Positions 19,253 through 29,000 of a stretch of DNA of 64,000 nt are shown here, piece after piece. Made by a program: the position numbers and the translations under genes. The notes under the pieces were generated by a model that did not search any database, had not been told where the DNA came from, and was given only the letters and a program-made list of their open reading frames with translations. The stretch is taken from the IMG/VR virus record IMGVR_UViG_2654587515_000001, positions 15,175 through 79,174 of that record. One strand, written 5' to 3'. Within the stretch, counting starts at the first letter, position 1; each line of letters starts with the position of its first letter. Origin of the DNA: a virus (lineage: Duplodnaviria; Caudoviricetes).

Positions 19253-19564
19253 ATGTTGTCTGGTGTAGAAAAGCTCAAGCTGGCAAAGGAGATACGCCAG
19301 CTAAGAGCGCAAATTAAAAGCGCATCAATAAAAGGGATTGAGAAGTTGAAAATTGCCAAGCAAATAAAGGCAATTCGCGCTCAAATTGTGGGTGGTGCTC
19401 AAAAGCTCGCTTCTCGGCTTGATGAACTCATAGGGGGTAAGTTTGATCACCTAGAGCCAGTCAAGTTTATCGCTATTGTGCGTGAAATTTCCGAAGAGTC
19501 GGGCGAATTTGAGTCCGTTAAGCAACCAGTAATTAACTATGTCGAAAAAAGACTCCCAGCCTAA
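19253..19564 (+). CDS. ddrA: DdrA-like protein
   Basis: Follows darA; tandem N-terminal helix repeat (SGVEKLKLAKEI / KGIEKLKIAKQI) and GGKFD...FI..V...VKQ C-terminus as in P1 DdrA. Confidence 0.6.
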   Translation: MLSGVEKLKLAKEIRQLRAQIKSASIKGIEKLKIAKQIKAIRAQIVGGAQKLASRLDELIGGKFDHLEPVKFIAIVREISEESGEFESVKQPVINYVEKRLPA

Positions 19565-21308
19565 AAAGAAGGCAGTCATTTCCGCCATGCAAGCGTCCAG
19601 TGAGATTGACGGCCTGAGTGCCGTCTTTCTTGCGGCCTTTGGGGAAGTGATCAGTGCCCAGACGCACCAAGCGAAGGCACTAAAACAAAAATTAATCGAC
19701 ACCGACGATGACTTAGAGAAATTCCAAGTGTGGCGGGACATTGTTTCGCTGCAAGTTGAATTGAGCCGGTATAACGACCACCGGTTGGAAACCATTTCAG
19801 AGCAGGGCGCCGACCTTAACAGCTTGCGACAAGCCTATATTGTCCCTGACGATCTTGATGAAAGACAGCGCCATTCTTGGCAACAAAGCGGCGAAAGCTT
19901 CTTGAAAGCGGTGATTTCTCCTGAGAAGGCGCAATCACTCAAAGATGTCGCGCACAGCATCAATGAGCTATTGCGCAGCAATCCTGACATCAATGAAAAA
20001 ATTGAACGTCTCGAAAGTGAGTACATTTCGCCACTGGCTGAAAAGGCCAGAGGGGTGATCGGTCAAATTACAGAAAAAGGGCAAAGCGAAGCCCTGATGT
20101 CCGAATTCGAAATGATCCGCTCAGCCATTGAGTCTGCACACCGGACCCAAATTGATCCAGTTCTCATGGCGTCCAGTGGTGAGCTGGACCAAGCTGCCAA
20201 AGCGCAGCTGCAGTCACTGCAAGAGCAAAAGAAACGTATTGGCACTGAACTCATGTCCAATGTCTATGACGCGCTGATTGAGCGCTCAAGCGTTTCTCAG
20301 GAAGAAGCGGACCTATGGGCGTCAAAGCAGGAGATCAGCGCCTCAGCGGTGGCGAGAATGCGCAAATCGGGCTATCCCGAGTCTGAGGTGCGCCGTGATA
20401 TGGCAACCTACTACCGATTGATCAGCGGACGGCTCGACAATGTTCGCCTTGTCACTACCGGCAGTAAGCGTGCCAGCGCAATTATTAATACGGCCACGAT
20501 AGATATCGACCATGACTTTGACCGGCGCACGCTCTTTCATGAAATGAGCCATTTGCTCGAAGCGGATGAGTCCGTCAAGCTGGCAAACCAACGCTTTATC
20601 CAAAAACGTGCCTCGGGAACCCCACAGCGATTGAGCGAACTCACCAATAACCGCTCCTACAAAAGCGACGAGGTGGCGATCCCCGATAACTTCTACTCAC
20701 CGTATGTCGGCAAGGTGTATGCGAGTGGGGCTACCGAAGTGGCGTCTATGGGTATTCAGCAATTTTCATCACTGGAAAGCATGTACGCCCTGTATGACAG
20801 CGACGAAGAAATGTTCACGCTTATGGTTGGCATGATGACAGGCGTTAACGACACCTTGATACAGCGCCAGAAAAAGCAGCTCGAAAGACAGGTCCATGGT
20901 GATGCTTTTGGTACTGCCGTTAAGAAGATTGTGGACAAGCTATCATGGCACGACGGCCATCGAATGAGTTCAGATGAAGCATGGCAGCAAGCACTCACTG
21001 GGAAAGGGAAAACCAATGCTCACAATAAGAAGTGGGGATGGAAGCGCACCCTTGGAAGTTGCGAGCTGTTCCCTGCAAAAGCCCCGCGCCAGCGAAAGCA
21101 GATATATGGTGTAACAGTGGCTGGTGGTGACGACACACAACCGAAGCGGCACTTTTTCAGAGAGAAATTGCAGGCAGAGATTTTCGTGTATCTTCACGAG
21201 TTGTCTACCAGAGATATTAAGCCGTTACCTCAAAGCGCCTTTTATCTTGCCTGCAATAATCAAGCACCAGATTGGTATCAAGTTGATACTGAATTACCAC
21301 TTATCTAG
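19539..21308 (+). CDS. Zn-metallopeptidase (HExxH) domain protein at the ddrB position
   Basis: TLFHEMSHLLE with downstream YVGKVY..GATEVASMG, the MPTase pattern of phage polyvalent proteins. Confidence 0.7.
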   Translation: MSKKDSQPKKKAVISAMQASSEIDGLSAVFLAAFGEVISAQTHQAKALKQKLIDTDDDLEKFQVWRDIVSLQVELSRYNDHRLETISEQGADLNSLRQAYIVPDDLDERQRHSWQQSGESFLKAVISPEKAQSLKDVAHSINELLRSNPDINEKIERLESEYISPLAEKARGVIGQITEKGQSEALMSEFEMIRSAIESAHRTQIDPVLMASSGELDQAAKAQLQSLQEQKKRIGTELMSNVYDALIERSSVSQEEADLWASKQEISASAVARMRKSGYPESEVRRDMATYYRLISGRLDNVRLVTTGSKRASAIINTATIDIDHDFDRRTLFHEMSHLLEADESVKLANQRFIQKRASGTPQRLSELTNNRSYKSDEVAIPDNFYSPYVGKVYASGATEVASMGIQQFSSLESMYALYDSDEEMFTLMVGMMTGVNDTLIQRQKKQLERQVHGDAFGTAVKKIVDKLSWHDGHRMSSDEAWQQALTGKGKTNAHNKKWGWKRTLGSCELFPAKAPRQRKQIYGVTVAGGDDTQPKRHFFREKLQAEIFVYLHELSTRDIKPLPQSAFYLACNNQAPDWYQVDTELPLI

Positions 21309-21353
21309 TACCTATTCCGGCTCCTTGCCTGAGACTTGGAGCCGGTTTAATGC

Positions 21354-21917
21354 TCACTCGCACCCAAGCACCCTCGACATGCCCTCAACTACGCTCAGCC
21401 GGATACGAGCCAATGAAAGCTCACGTTTAGCCTGCGCCAGTCCTTCCTCAGCCATTTCCTTGGCTGACGATGACACTTTGGCCTCACTGTGTAGCACGGG
21501 GAGGTCTTTCTCGGTGAAAAACTCCAATACATGCGGCTGAAAAAGTTCAACCGGTGGCGTGGAGTAGCCCTGATGCACCGCTCGTTCGTAAATTCGCTCG
21601 AACTTGTCAGAGTTCGTGTGTTTACAGTAGGTCAGAAACCTATCTCGCATGGTCCGATCGGATACGTTAATCATGACGGCAGCATCATGAATGCGAGCGC
21701 CAAGAAAAATAGACAGGATCGCTTTTCTCGTCTCTTCACCGTAGGGGGAAAGCGTTCCTCCCTTCGCATGAAAAGTTGAGGGCGAGCCATTCTGAATCGC
21801 TTCATTCTCTGAAATCGTGACATCCGTTTCCCTGTGTCCTGCAGACTCAATAAAGCCCGTTCCAAAATCCGATTTCTCAATATGAGTTATCACAGTATGA
21901 AAGTAGTCACCTAGCAC
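21354..21917 (-). CDS. SOS-box-controlled putative DNA-binding protein (HTH-like plus coiled coil)
   Basis: GTG start with AAGGAG RBS; HTH-like GARIHDAAVMINVSDRTMRDRF; LexA box 54 bp upstream. Confidence 0.7.
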   Translation of the reverse strand: MLGDYFHTVITHIEKSDFGTGFIESAGHRETDVTISENEAIQNGSPSTFHAKGGTLSPYGEETRKAILSIFLGARIHDAAVMINVSDRTMRDRFLTYCKHTNSDKFERIYERAVHQGYSTPPVELFQPHVLEFFTEKDLPVLHSEAKVSSSAKEMAEEGLAQAKRELSLARIRLSVVEGMSRVLGCE

Positions 21918-21970
21918 TACGTCTTCTCCTTTTTCTTATTATGGAAGTACAACCTTTGCACCAACATAGA

Positions 21971-21990
21971 TACTGTTTAAATATACAGTA
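21971..21990. promoter_or_regulatory. LexA (SOS) box
   Basis: TACTGTTTAAATATACAGTA = CTG-N10-CAG, near consensus, within a 9-bp perfect inverted repeat AGATACTGT/ACAGTATCT. Confidence 0.85.
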
Positions 21991-22082
21991 TCTTACAGCT
22001 TTTTTATATAAATCAAAGACTCAATAAGGGCGAGTATGCATAAGAACCCGTATGTTGTATGTAGACAAAAACGTCCACAAAC

Positions 22083-22835
22083 CTAACGAATACGGAATGA
22101 GTCGGTCTTGGTGATTAGCTTGGTTGATGAGCAAGTAGACAATAAAGTGCGCAGCTCAGACACGCTGTAGCCGGTCTTATCTCGTATGCGTGCCTTCATT
22201 GATCGAACGGTAGAAGGCGTTACGCCCAGTCTTTCTGCGGCCTCCTTGTCAGAGAGGCCCATGCGCTTACAAAAGATAAGGCGCGTTTCCGTCATGCTTA
22301 GGGGGTTTGCGAGATCGGCAAAATCGGGCACCTTGACGTGCCTAGATTCGGTAACGCGAAAGAAATCATTAATCAAAAATGTGGTGCCCATCAAATTTCC
22401 GTTGAGGTCCACTAACGGGTATTTTTGAGTTTCAATGGTATGCAATTTGACACTACTGCCGAAAAAGTAATCGCAATCTGCAAATACCATAGCTTGGCGC
22501 TCTTCCATAATGAGCTTATCTTGGATGGCATATCCTTGAGCGACTTCATCACTGACACACGTCGGCATTTCTTCTAAGCGCTTACCATAAAAAGCGTAGC
22601 CGCAAGGCAGGTCTACCAGCTCGCGGTAATGGCAATTCATCACAAGGTACTCAGAATCTAGCCCTTTGATCCCCGCCGGCCCAGGATATCGCATCAACTC
22701 AGCCACAAGACAATCACAGAGCACGAACTGGCCCGAGTGGATGCCGTGGTGAATCGACGTATCCTTTCGGGGATAGCATCGTCGACACAGGTGTTTGTTC
22801 TTCTCTAAGCATTCATTATAAGTATTTGCGGCCAT
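22083..22835 (-). CDS. VqmA-like PAS domain plus LuxR-type HTH transcription factor
   Basis: PAS motifs PG..G.K.L.S.Y...N..Y.EL...G....EMP...QD...K.P..D.NGN..GT.F align by eye with V. cholerae VqmA; C-terminal HTH GLSDKEAAERLGVTPSTVRSMKARIRDK. Confidence 0.85.
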   Translation of the reverse strand: MAANTYNECLEKNKHLCRRCYPRKDTSIHHGIHSGQFVLCDCLVAELMRYPGPAGIKGLDSEYLVMNCHYRELVDLPCGYAFYGKRLEEMPTCVSDEVAQGYAIQDKLIMEERQAMVFADCDYFFGSSVKLHTIETQKYPLVDLNGNLMGTTFLINDFFRVTESRHVKVPDFADLANPLSMTETRLIFCKRMGLSDKEAAERLGVTPSTVRSMKARIRDKTGYSVSELRTLLSTCSSTKLITKTDSFRIR

Positions 22836-22935
22836 TCTACCCTCTAAAGTTTTACAAGACCGCCAACTGCAAAGCGTAATTTATATGTTAATTATTATAT
22901 TAATTTATAGTGTAGGCCAATTTCGGACAGTTTTG

Positions 22936-22969
22936 TGTTGATGCCCGTATTTATGTGCCTTGTTACCCT
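22936..22969 (+). promoter_or_regulatory. Putative late promoter (darB)
   Basis: TGTTGATGC-N19-TACCCT. Confidence 0.7.
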
Positions 22970-23031
22970 CCTGATGGACATTATTGTTTGCCCATCAAAA
23001 GGAGGATGGCGAACTTCCCGCCATAAACTGA

Positions 23032-26000
23032 ATGTACAAATTCTTAATAACAACCCCTTTTAAATCAGAAGTTTCCATTCTGATTAACTCCGATTGGGAC
23101 CAAAAATCCCCCGTCGAAATGGAAGGCTCAGACGATGACCAATTGATGATCAAAAATTTCATCCGTTTTCATGGTATGACCCCCGATGGACGTATTGCCC
23201 AGCTCCCTGAAATGACGCCAATGAGTGCTCATTACTCATTCACCACCAAAGCGGCGACAGAGCAAGGCTTCACCATTAAGTTTATTCAAGGTGAGCAAAA
23301 ACCATACCCGCACCGTGATGTGGTGTTTGATAGCGCGGAAGATGACGAGCCATCGTTCACCACCAAACCGCAATCATTCAAACTTCAGGACCGATACCAA
23401 TTCCAAGGTTTGCCGATTTCTATCGAAAACAAAGCAGGCACCAAGCGTGCCGGCGTGGACCCAGATGGTAGCGAATGGTCCGTCGCAATGCATTATGACT
23501 ACGGATACATAAGATCGACCAAAGGCACCGACCAAGAGGGTATTGATTGTTATATCGGGCCAAACCGTAAAGCCGATCACGTCTACATCGTCAAACAACA
23601 CGCGATCGAAAAAGTGAAGCAGTGGCCATCGAAATACTGCCCACAGTGTAAAGAGCACGCTCAAGACTGCGCCTGCCCTGAATTCTTTGATGAAGACAAA
23701 GTAATGCTGGGCTTTGATAACAAAGAGCAGGCGAAAGCGGCTTACCTCAAGCAGTACGATTCCGATCTGTTCTTGGGGCCGATCTCTACGATGCGTATTG
23801 AAGACTTCAAGGAAGCGATCGCTGCGGCGGCTGGGGATGAGTTGGACTTGCCATTGCAGTTCGTGCATGACCATGCCGTTTTAGATAGCGCCACAGATGA
23901 GCAAATCCAAGCCCTGCAAAGCGCAAAAGATATCAATGAGTTAGAAGTTATTTTTAACCAGATATTCCAAGCGGCCAGTCATGATGGCGATCGTGAGTTT
24001 GGCTTGAAGGCCAGCGGCGTCAAAACGCGAGAAACGATCAACAGCAAAGTAAAAGCGATCGTTGATCGAATAAAAGCGGCGAATTGGGACACAAGCAGCC
24101 TGACAGCAGAAGATTACGATCTGCTCGTGCAATATTCTGGCCGTGGCGGCTTGAGTGAAAACAGCCAGTATGAGTACTACACACCGACGTACATTGCCGA
24201 GGGATGCTGGGACTTGCTGGGGGCCAATGGGTTTGATAACGGTAACGTCTTAGAGCCGTCTGCCGGTGCCGGTGTATTTAATGCCACCAAACATCAAGGC
24301 GTGAAGATGACCGCAACGGAAATCGATCCGATCAGTTCTGCCGTCAACAAGATACTTCACCCAGAAGACAACGTATTTAACCAGTCATTTGAGAAAATGG
24401 CCGTTGAGTCACCAGATAACCACTTTGACTCGGTGATTGGTAATATCCCATTCGGCAGTGCCCGAGGCGCTTCTGCGCACGACGACCCCGATCATAAGAG
24501 TGAAAAGCTCATCGAGCGCTACTTCATCAACCGTCTGATCGACAAAGTGAAGCCAAGCGGCCTGTTAGTGCTGGTGGTACCGGTCAATATTGTACGTGAA
24601 CGTGGCAAAGTGTGGCAGAAATGGCGCGCGAAAATCAGCAAGAAAGCGGAATTCCTTGGTGCGCACAAGCTGCCAAGCAAGACGTTTGGCAAGCAAGGTA
24701 CGGGTGTTGTTACCGACATCATTGTGCTGCGCAAGCACTCTAAATCAGCCGCTGAGAAAATTGCTCAACTTCCAATGGAGCAGCTGCAATCGTCCAACGT
24801 GCTTTGGGATACCTTTATTGAAGGCAAATGGTGGGAGCGCGACGGCAAGCCGTTTATTCACGGTAAGTTTGTCCCTAAAGACGCCAGCAAAGTCCGTGAT
24901 GATGACAAAGTGATCCGTGATGCCAGCGTGACCGATGCAGCGCTCAAGCGCAAACTGGCGGCGAAATTCCACTCCCGTATCGACTGGGAAGCGCTCGATA
25001 CCGCCGAGCCGGTGATTAAGAACTATGTCGAAGGCGACCGTCGAATGATTGATGAGCGTATGCACGAGTTCACACGCGGCAACTGGGAACCGGTTGACAC
25101 CCTGCATGGGACCACAACAGCCATTGATGAGAAAAAGTATGGCGTTGCCTCTCTCGAAGCGCTGAAAGGGCTGCTTGAGAGTAATCACGGCCTGATGTCA
25201 CTGTCGGTTAAACAGGCGTTTGCTGCGATGAAGGCATGGGGCCATTTATTTAGCAAACCGCAGAAGCAAGCCATTGAGTTTGCCATGACGCAACCCAGTG
25301 ATGAGTATCGAGAGCAAATCTTCCGAGGTTCGCTGATTGGTGCTGATTTGGCGCGTTTCCAAAATGACACCAACCAAGGCAACTGGGACGCAACCGAGCA
25401 AATGCGACTGCAGGAGTTGGTGGCCAATGAGATCAACAAATACGGCCATCCAAAACAAAACAAGGGGCTTATCCTCGCCGGTGAAAGCTCGCGCTATTTT
25501 GGCGTGTTCTCAAACGCGATGGATGAAAACGGTGAATACTCCACCTTGCTAACCGGTGATGTCAGCACGAAAGGACTGTCATTTGACGACACCAATCCTC
25601 ACGCTATCGTTGAGCACCTATACCTGCGTGAAGGCATGATGCATATTACGTTGGAAGATGTGCAGCAGCTGTACAAAGGCAAGACGCCTATCCGCTCTTT
25701 GTCGGATCTGGCTGATGACAAAAACCTTGCTGTCCACCCTGACGGCCTGCTTATGCCAATGAGCCGTTTTTGCTCTGGGGATGTGTATCAGAAAGTGCTC
25801 ACCCTTAGCCATGCACTCAATGTTGAAACCGATCCGAAACTCAAAGCGAAGTACCAACAACAGCTGGAAGAAATCGAACAGCGTCGCCACAAAACCGCGC
25901 CAGAAAACATTGCGTTCTCGATGCGCCACAAATGGATTGATCGCAAATACGTGCTGGAATTTATGCACGAAAAAGGCTACTCAAACCTTGATTACCTTGT

Positions 26001-29000
26001 CGAGAAAAAGCAGCTCGCTAAAGACGATGATACGGACGAAAGCTACGTTGAAAACGTTCGAGAGCGCGATACCAGTTCACCGTTTGGTGAGTTTGTGGGC
26101 TATGACGATACCCAAGGCTTCAACAAGCAGCTGAATAACTGGCTTAACGGCGGCAACGTCACCAGCTCGAAGCAAGAGTATATCGAAGAATACAAAGAGC
26201 GTGTTTCTCGCTTAGACGAAGAGTTCCGTCTCTGGATGCAGCAGCACCAAGACATTGATGATCTAACCGAGCTATATAACCAGAAATTCAACTCATACAT
26301 CCCGTTTGAACACTCAGATGCGGATTTGGGGCTGGAAGGCGTCAGCGCCATGGTTAAGCCACACGGCTACCAGTGCTCCGCTGTACGTCGCCTGTCTGAA
26401 GATGGTTCGGGTATTCTCGGGTTTGATGTGGGCTTGGGTAAAACCTTCAGTGCCTTGGCATTGGCCGCCTACAACAAGCAAATGGGCCGAGCCAGTAAGA
26501 CTCTGATCGTCGTACCTAACTCAGTGCTGGCGAACTGGTACCACGAAGCCAAGATGTTTCATGGCAATCTGGATAACGCTTTGTTCGTGGGCTTTAAGCC
26601 AAAACTGGACAAAGAAGGGCAAATCCAGCGTGAGCCGGTCAAAGACGAGCAGGGCAATCCGAAAAAGAATAAGCATACAGGTGAAATTGAATATCAGGAT
26701 ACGCTGATTAAAGAGAGTGCCGAAGAAATCTTCGACAAGATGCACCAGATCCCACAGACGTCAAAATCACTGGTCGTTATGACGTTTGAGAAATACAAAG
26801 AGATTCAGATGCGCCCTGTTAGCAAACACAAGTATGCCGACAAGTGGGTGGAGAAATCGCTTATTTCCGATCAGATGGCCGCAAGTACCGTTGCTGGTGA
26901 TGATTTCAGTCTGGGCAAAGGCAAAGACAAGATCAGTTACAAAGAAGCGGTACGAAAAGAAGCCCTGCAGCAGCGCTTCCTTGAAGATGGCGGACACAAA
27001 AAAGGCGAATACCCGTACTTTGAAGATATGGGCTTTCAATCGGTCATTATTGATGAAGCCCATGCATTTAAGAACAGCTTCAAAGCCGGTGATAAAACAG
27101 GGAACATTGCTTACCTGCCCAATCCGACGGAATCCCAGCGTGCTATCGACATGGCAATGAAGATGGCCTACCTACGCGACCAAAACGAAGGCCGAGGCCC
27201 TGTTCTATTGTCCGCAACGCCTGTCACCAACTCGCCGCTTGAGATTTTCAACATGCTGTCACTGGTGCTGCCGGTAGAAGAGTTTGAAAAATTCGGCGTT
27301 TATACTGCAGACGATTTTGTCCGTGTGTTCGGCAAGGTAGAAACCGTTGAGAAAATGACGGTGAAAGGCGAAATCGTACAAAAAGATGGTCTGGTTGGCT
27401 TTCAAAACTTGGATGGCCTGCGCAACCTCTTCCACCGCTACACGCTCATGCAAAACGCTGAAGACGTAAATCTGGCCCTGCCGGATGCGCCTGAGTCTCA
27501 TGAAAGCGTCGACATGACCGACGCGCAAGAGTCGGCCTACGAAGCGCTGCGAGAAGAGGCCAAAGAGGCCAGTAAGCCAGCACGCCAGCGTAGTGCGAAC
27601 GCTCGCGCTCTATTTGCCGTGATGCGTGATATGGATAAAGTCACAACGGATATGGACCTGTTCAATCAGACCATGACGTTCACTTTCCCTGTATCGAAAG
27701 CGAAAGCAGTCGATCAACTCATTGCCTCGCTGCCTGCCTCAATTGAAGCTGAGCGCCTTGAACAAACCGAGGACGGGGAAGAGGTTAAGCGTAAGGTATC
27801 CATCGAGCTTGATTATCAGCGCCACGAAGAAGGGGAATCCATCGTGCTGGTGGTCCCTGACGTTTATGAGCAGGCAGTGCTTGACGGATTGAATGATGCG
27901 GCCATCAAGCTGTCAGATGTCGGCCACCCGTTAACGCCTAAATACGCCAAACTGATCGCCAACCTGCAGGCAGAGCTGGAAGTAAACGGTAAGCAGATTG
28001 TCTTCACTGAAGAAAAAACGCAGCACCATAAGCTCAAACGCATCATCGTGAACCAGTTGGGCCTTGATGAGAAGCAAATCGGCATCATCAACGGCGCTGA
28101 CGCTGCCGGCGCGAAGCTTCAGCGCATTGCTGACTCTTACAATGCCGGTGACATCAAAATCGTTATCTGTAACAAAAAAGCTGAGGTCGGGGTTAACCTG
28201 CAGAAAGGAACCAGTGCGATTCACCACCTAACCCTGCCGTGGACACCAGCCTCTATCCAGCAACGCAATGGTCGTGGCGTCAGACAGGGCAATACCGCTT
28301 CTAAGGTCAGCTTGTATTACTACCTTGGTAAAGGCTCGTTTGATGGCTACCGCCTTGATCTGCTTAACAAGAAAAAGAGCTGGATGCGTGACTTGTTCAA
28401 CGGTACTGAGTCAGAAGCCGTCAACGGCAACGCGATCGATAACGATGACTACCTTGATATGTTCGAAGCGGATCCGGAAGCGGCTAAGGCAAAACGCATG
28501 GAGCGTCTGGCCCAGAAGCAGGCAGAACGTCGCCGTAAATCGGATTTGAAGTGCGCGGTCGATTTGTCTCAGGTCATTGGCCTTCGAAGCCAGTTAGCCA
28601 GCTGGGAAGCCGACAAGGCAGAAGACTATAACCGCTTGGTTGAGCGAAAAGACAAGGCGCAAGCTTCTCTGTCGAGACTCAAGGAAAAGGGCGAGGATAG
28701 CGGCAAGGCTGAGCAGGCACTGGCGCGAGTCAACAAGATGCTGCAGGATCACGAAGCCAAGTGGCAAGATGAAAAAGCGAAACTGGAATCTCGCTTATCA
28801 CAACGCCTAACCTTCCTGAAGCAAAAAGCGAGTGCCGGCGAACTGCCTTTTGACAGTGGCATTATTGAAAACCCAGAAACCGCCATCGTGGCACGGGATG
28901 GCAGCGTCCTGACCGTCGGTGATTATCTGGAAACGGATTTCGGGGCCATTTTACGTATTGAGCAAGTCGATCAGGCCACCCGAGCTGTGCAGTATTCGGT

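Noticed and set aside
22968-23031. Hexapeptide uORF (MANFPP) and SD-sequestering hairpin before darB
   Set aside because: The SD abuts the ATG with no spacer, and part of the hairpin lies upstream of the predicted TSS; support is too weak.
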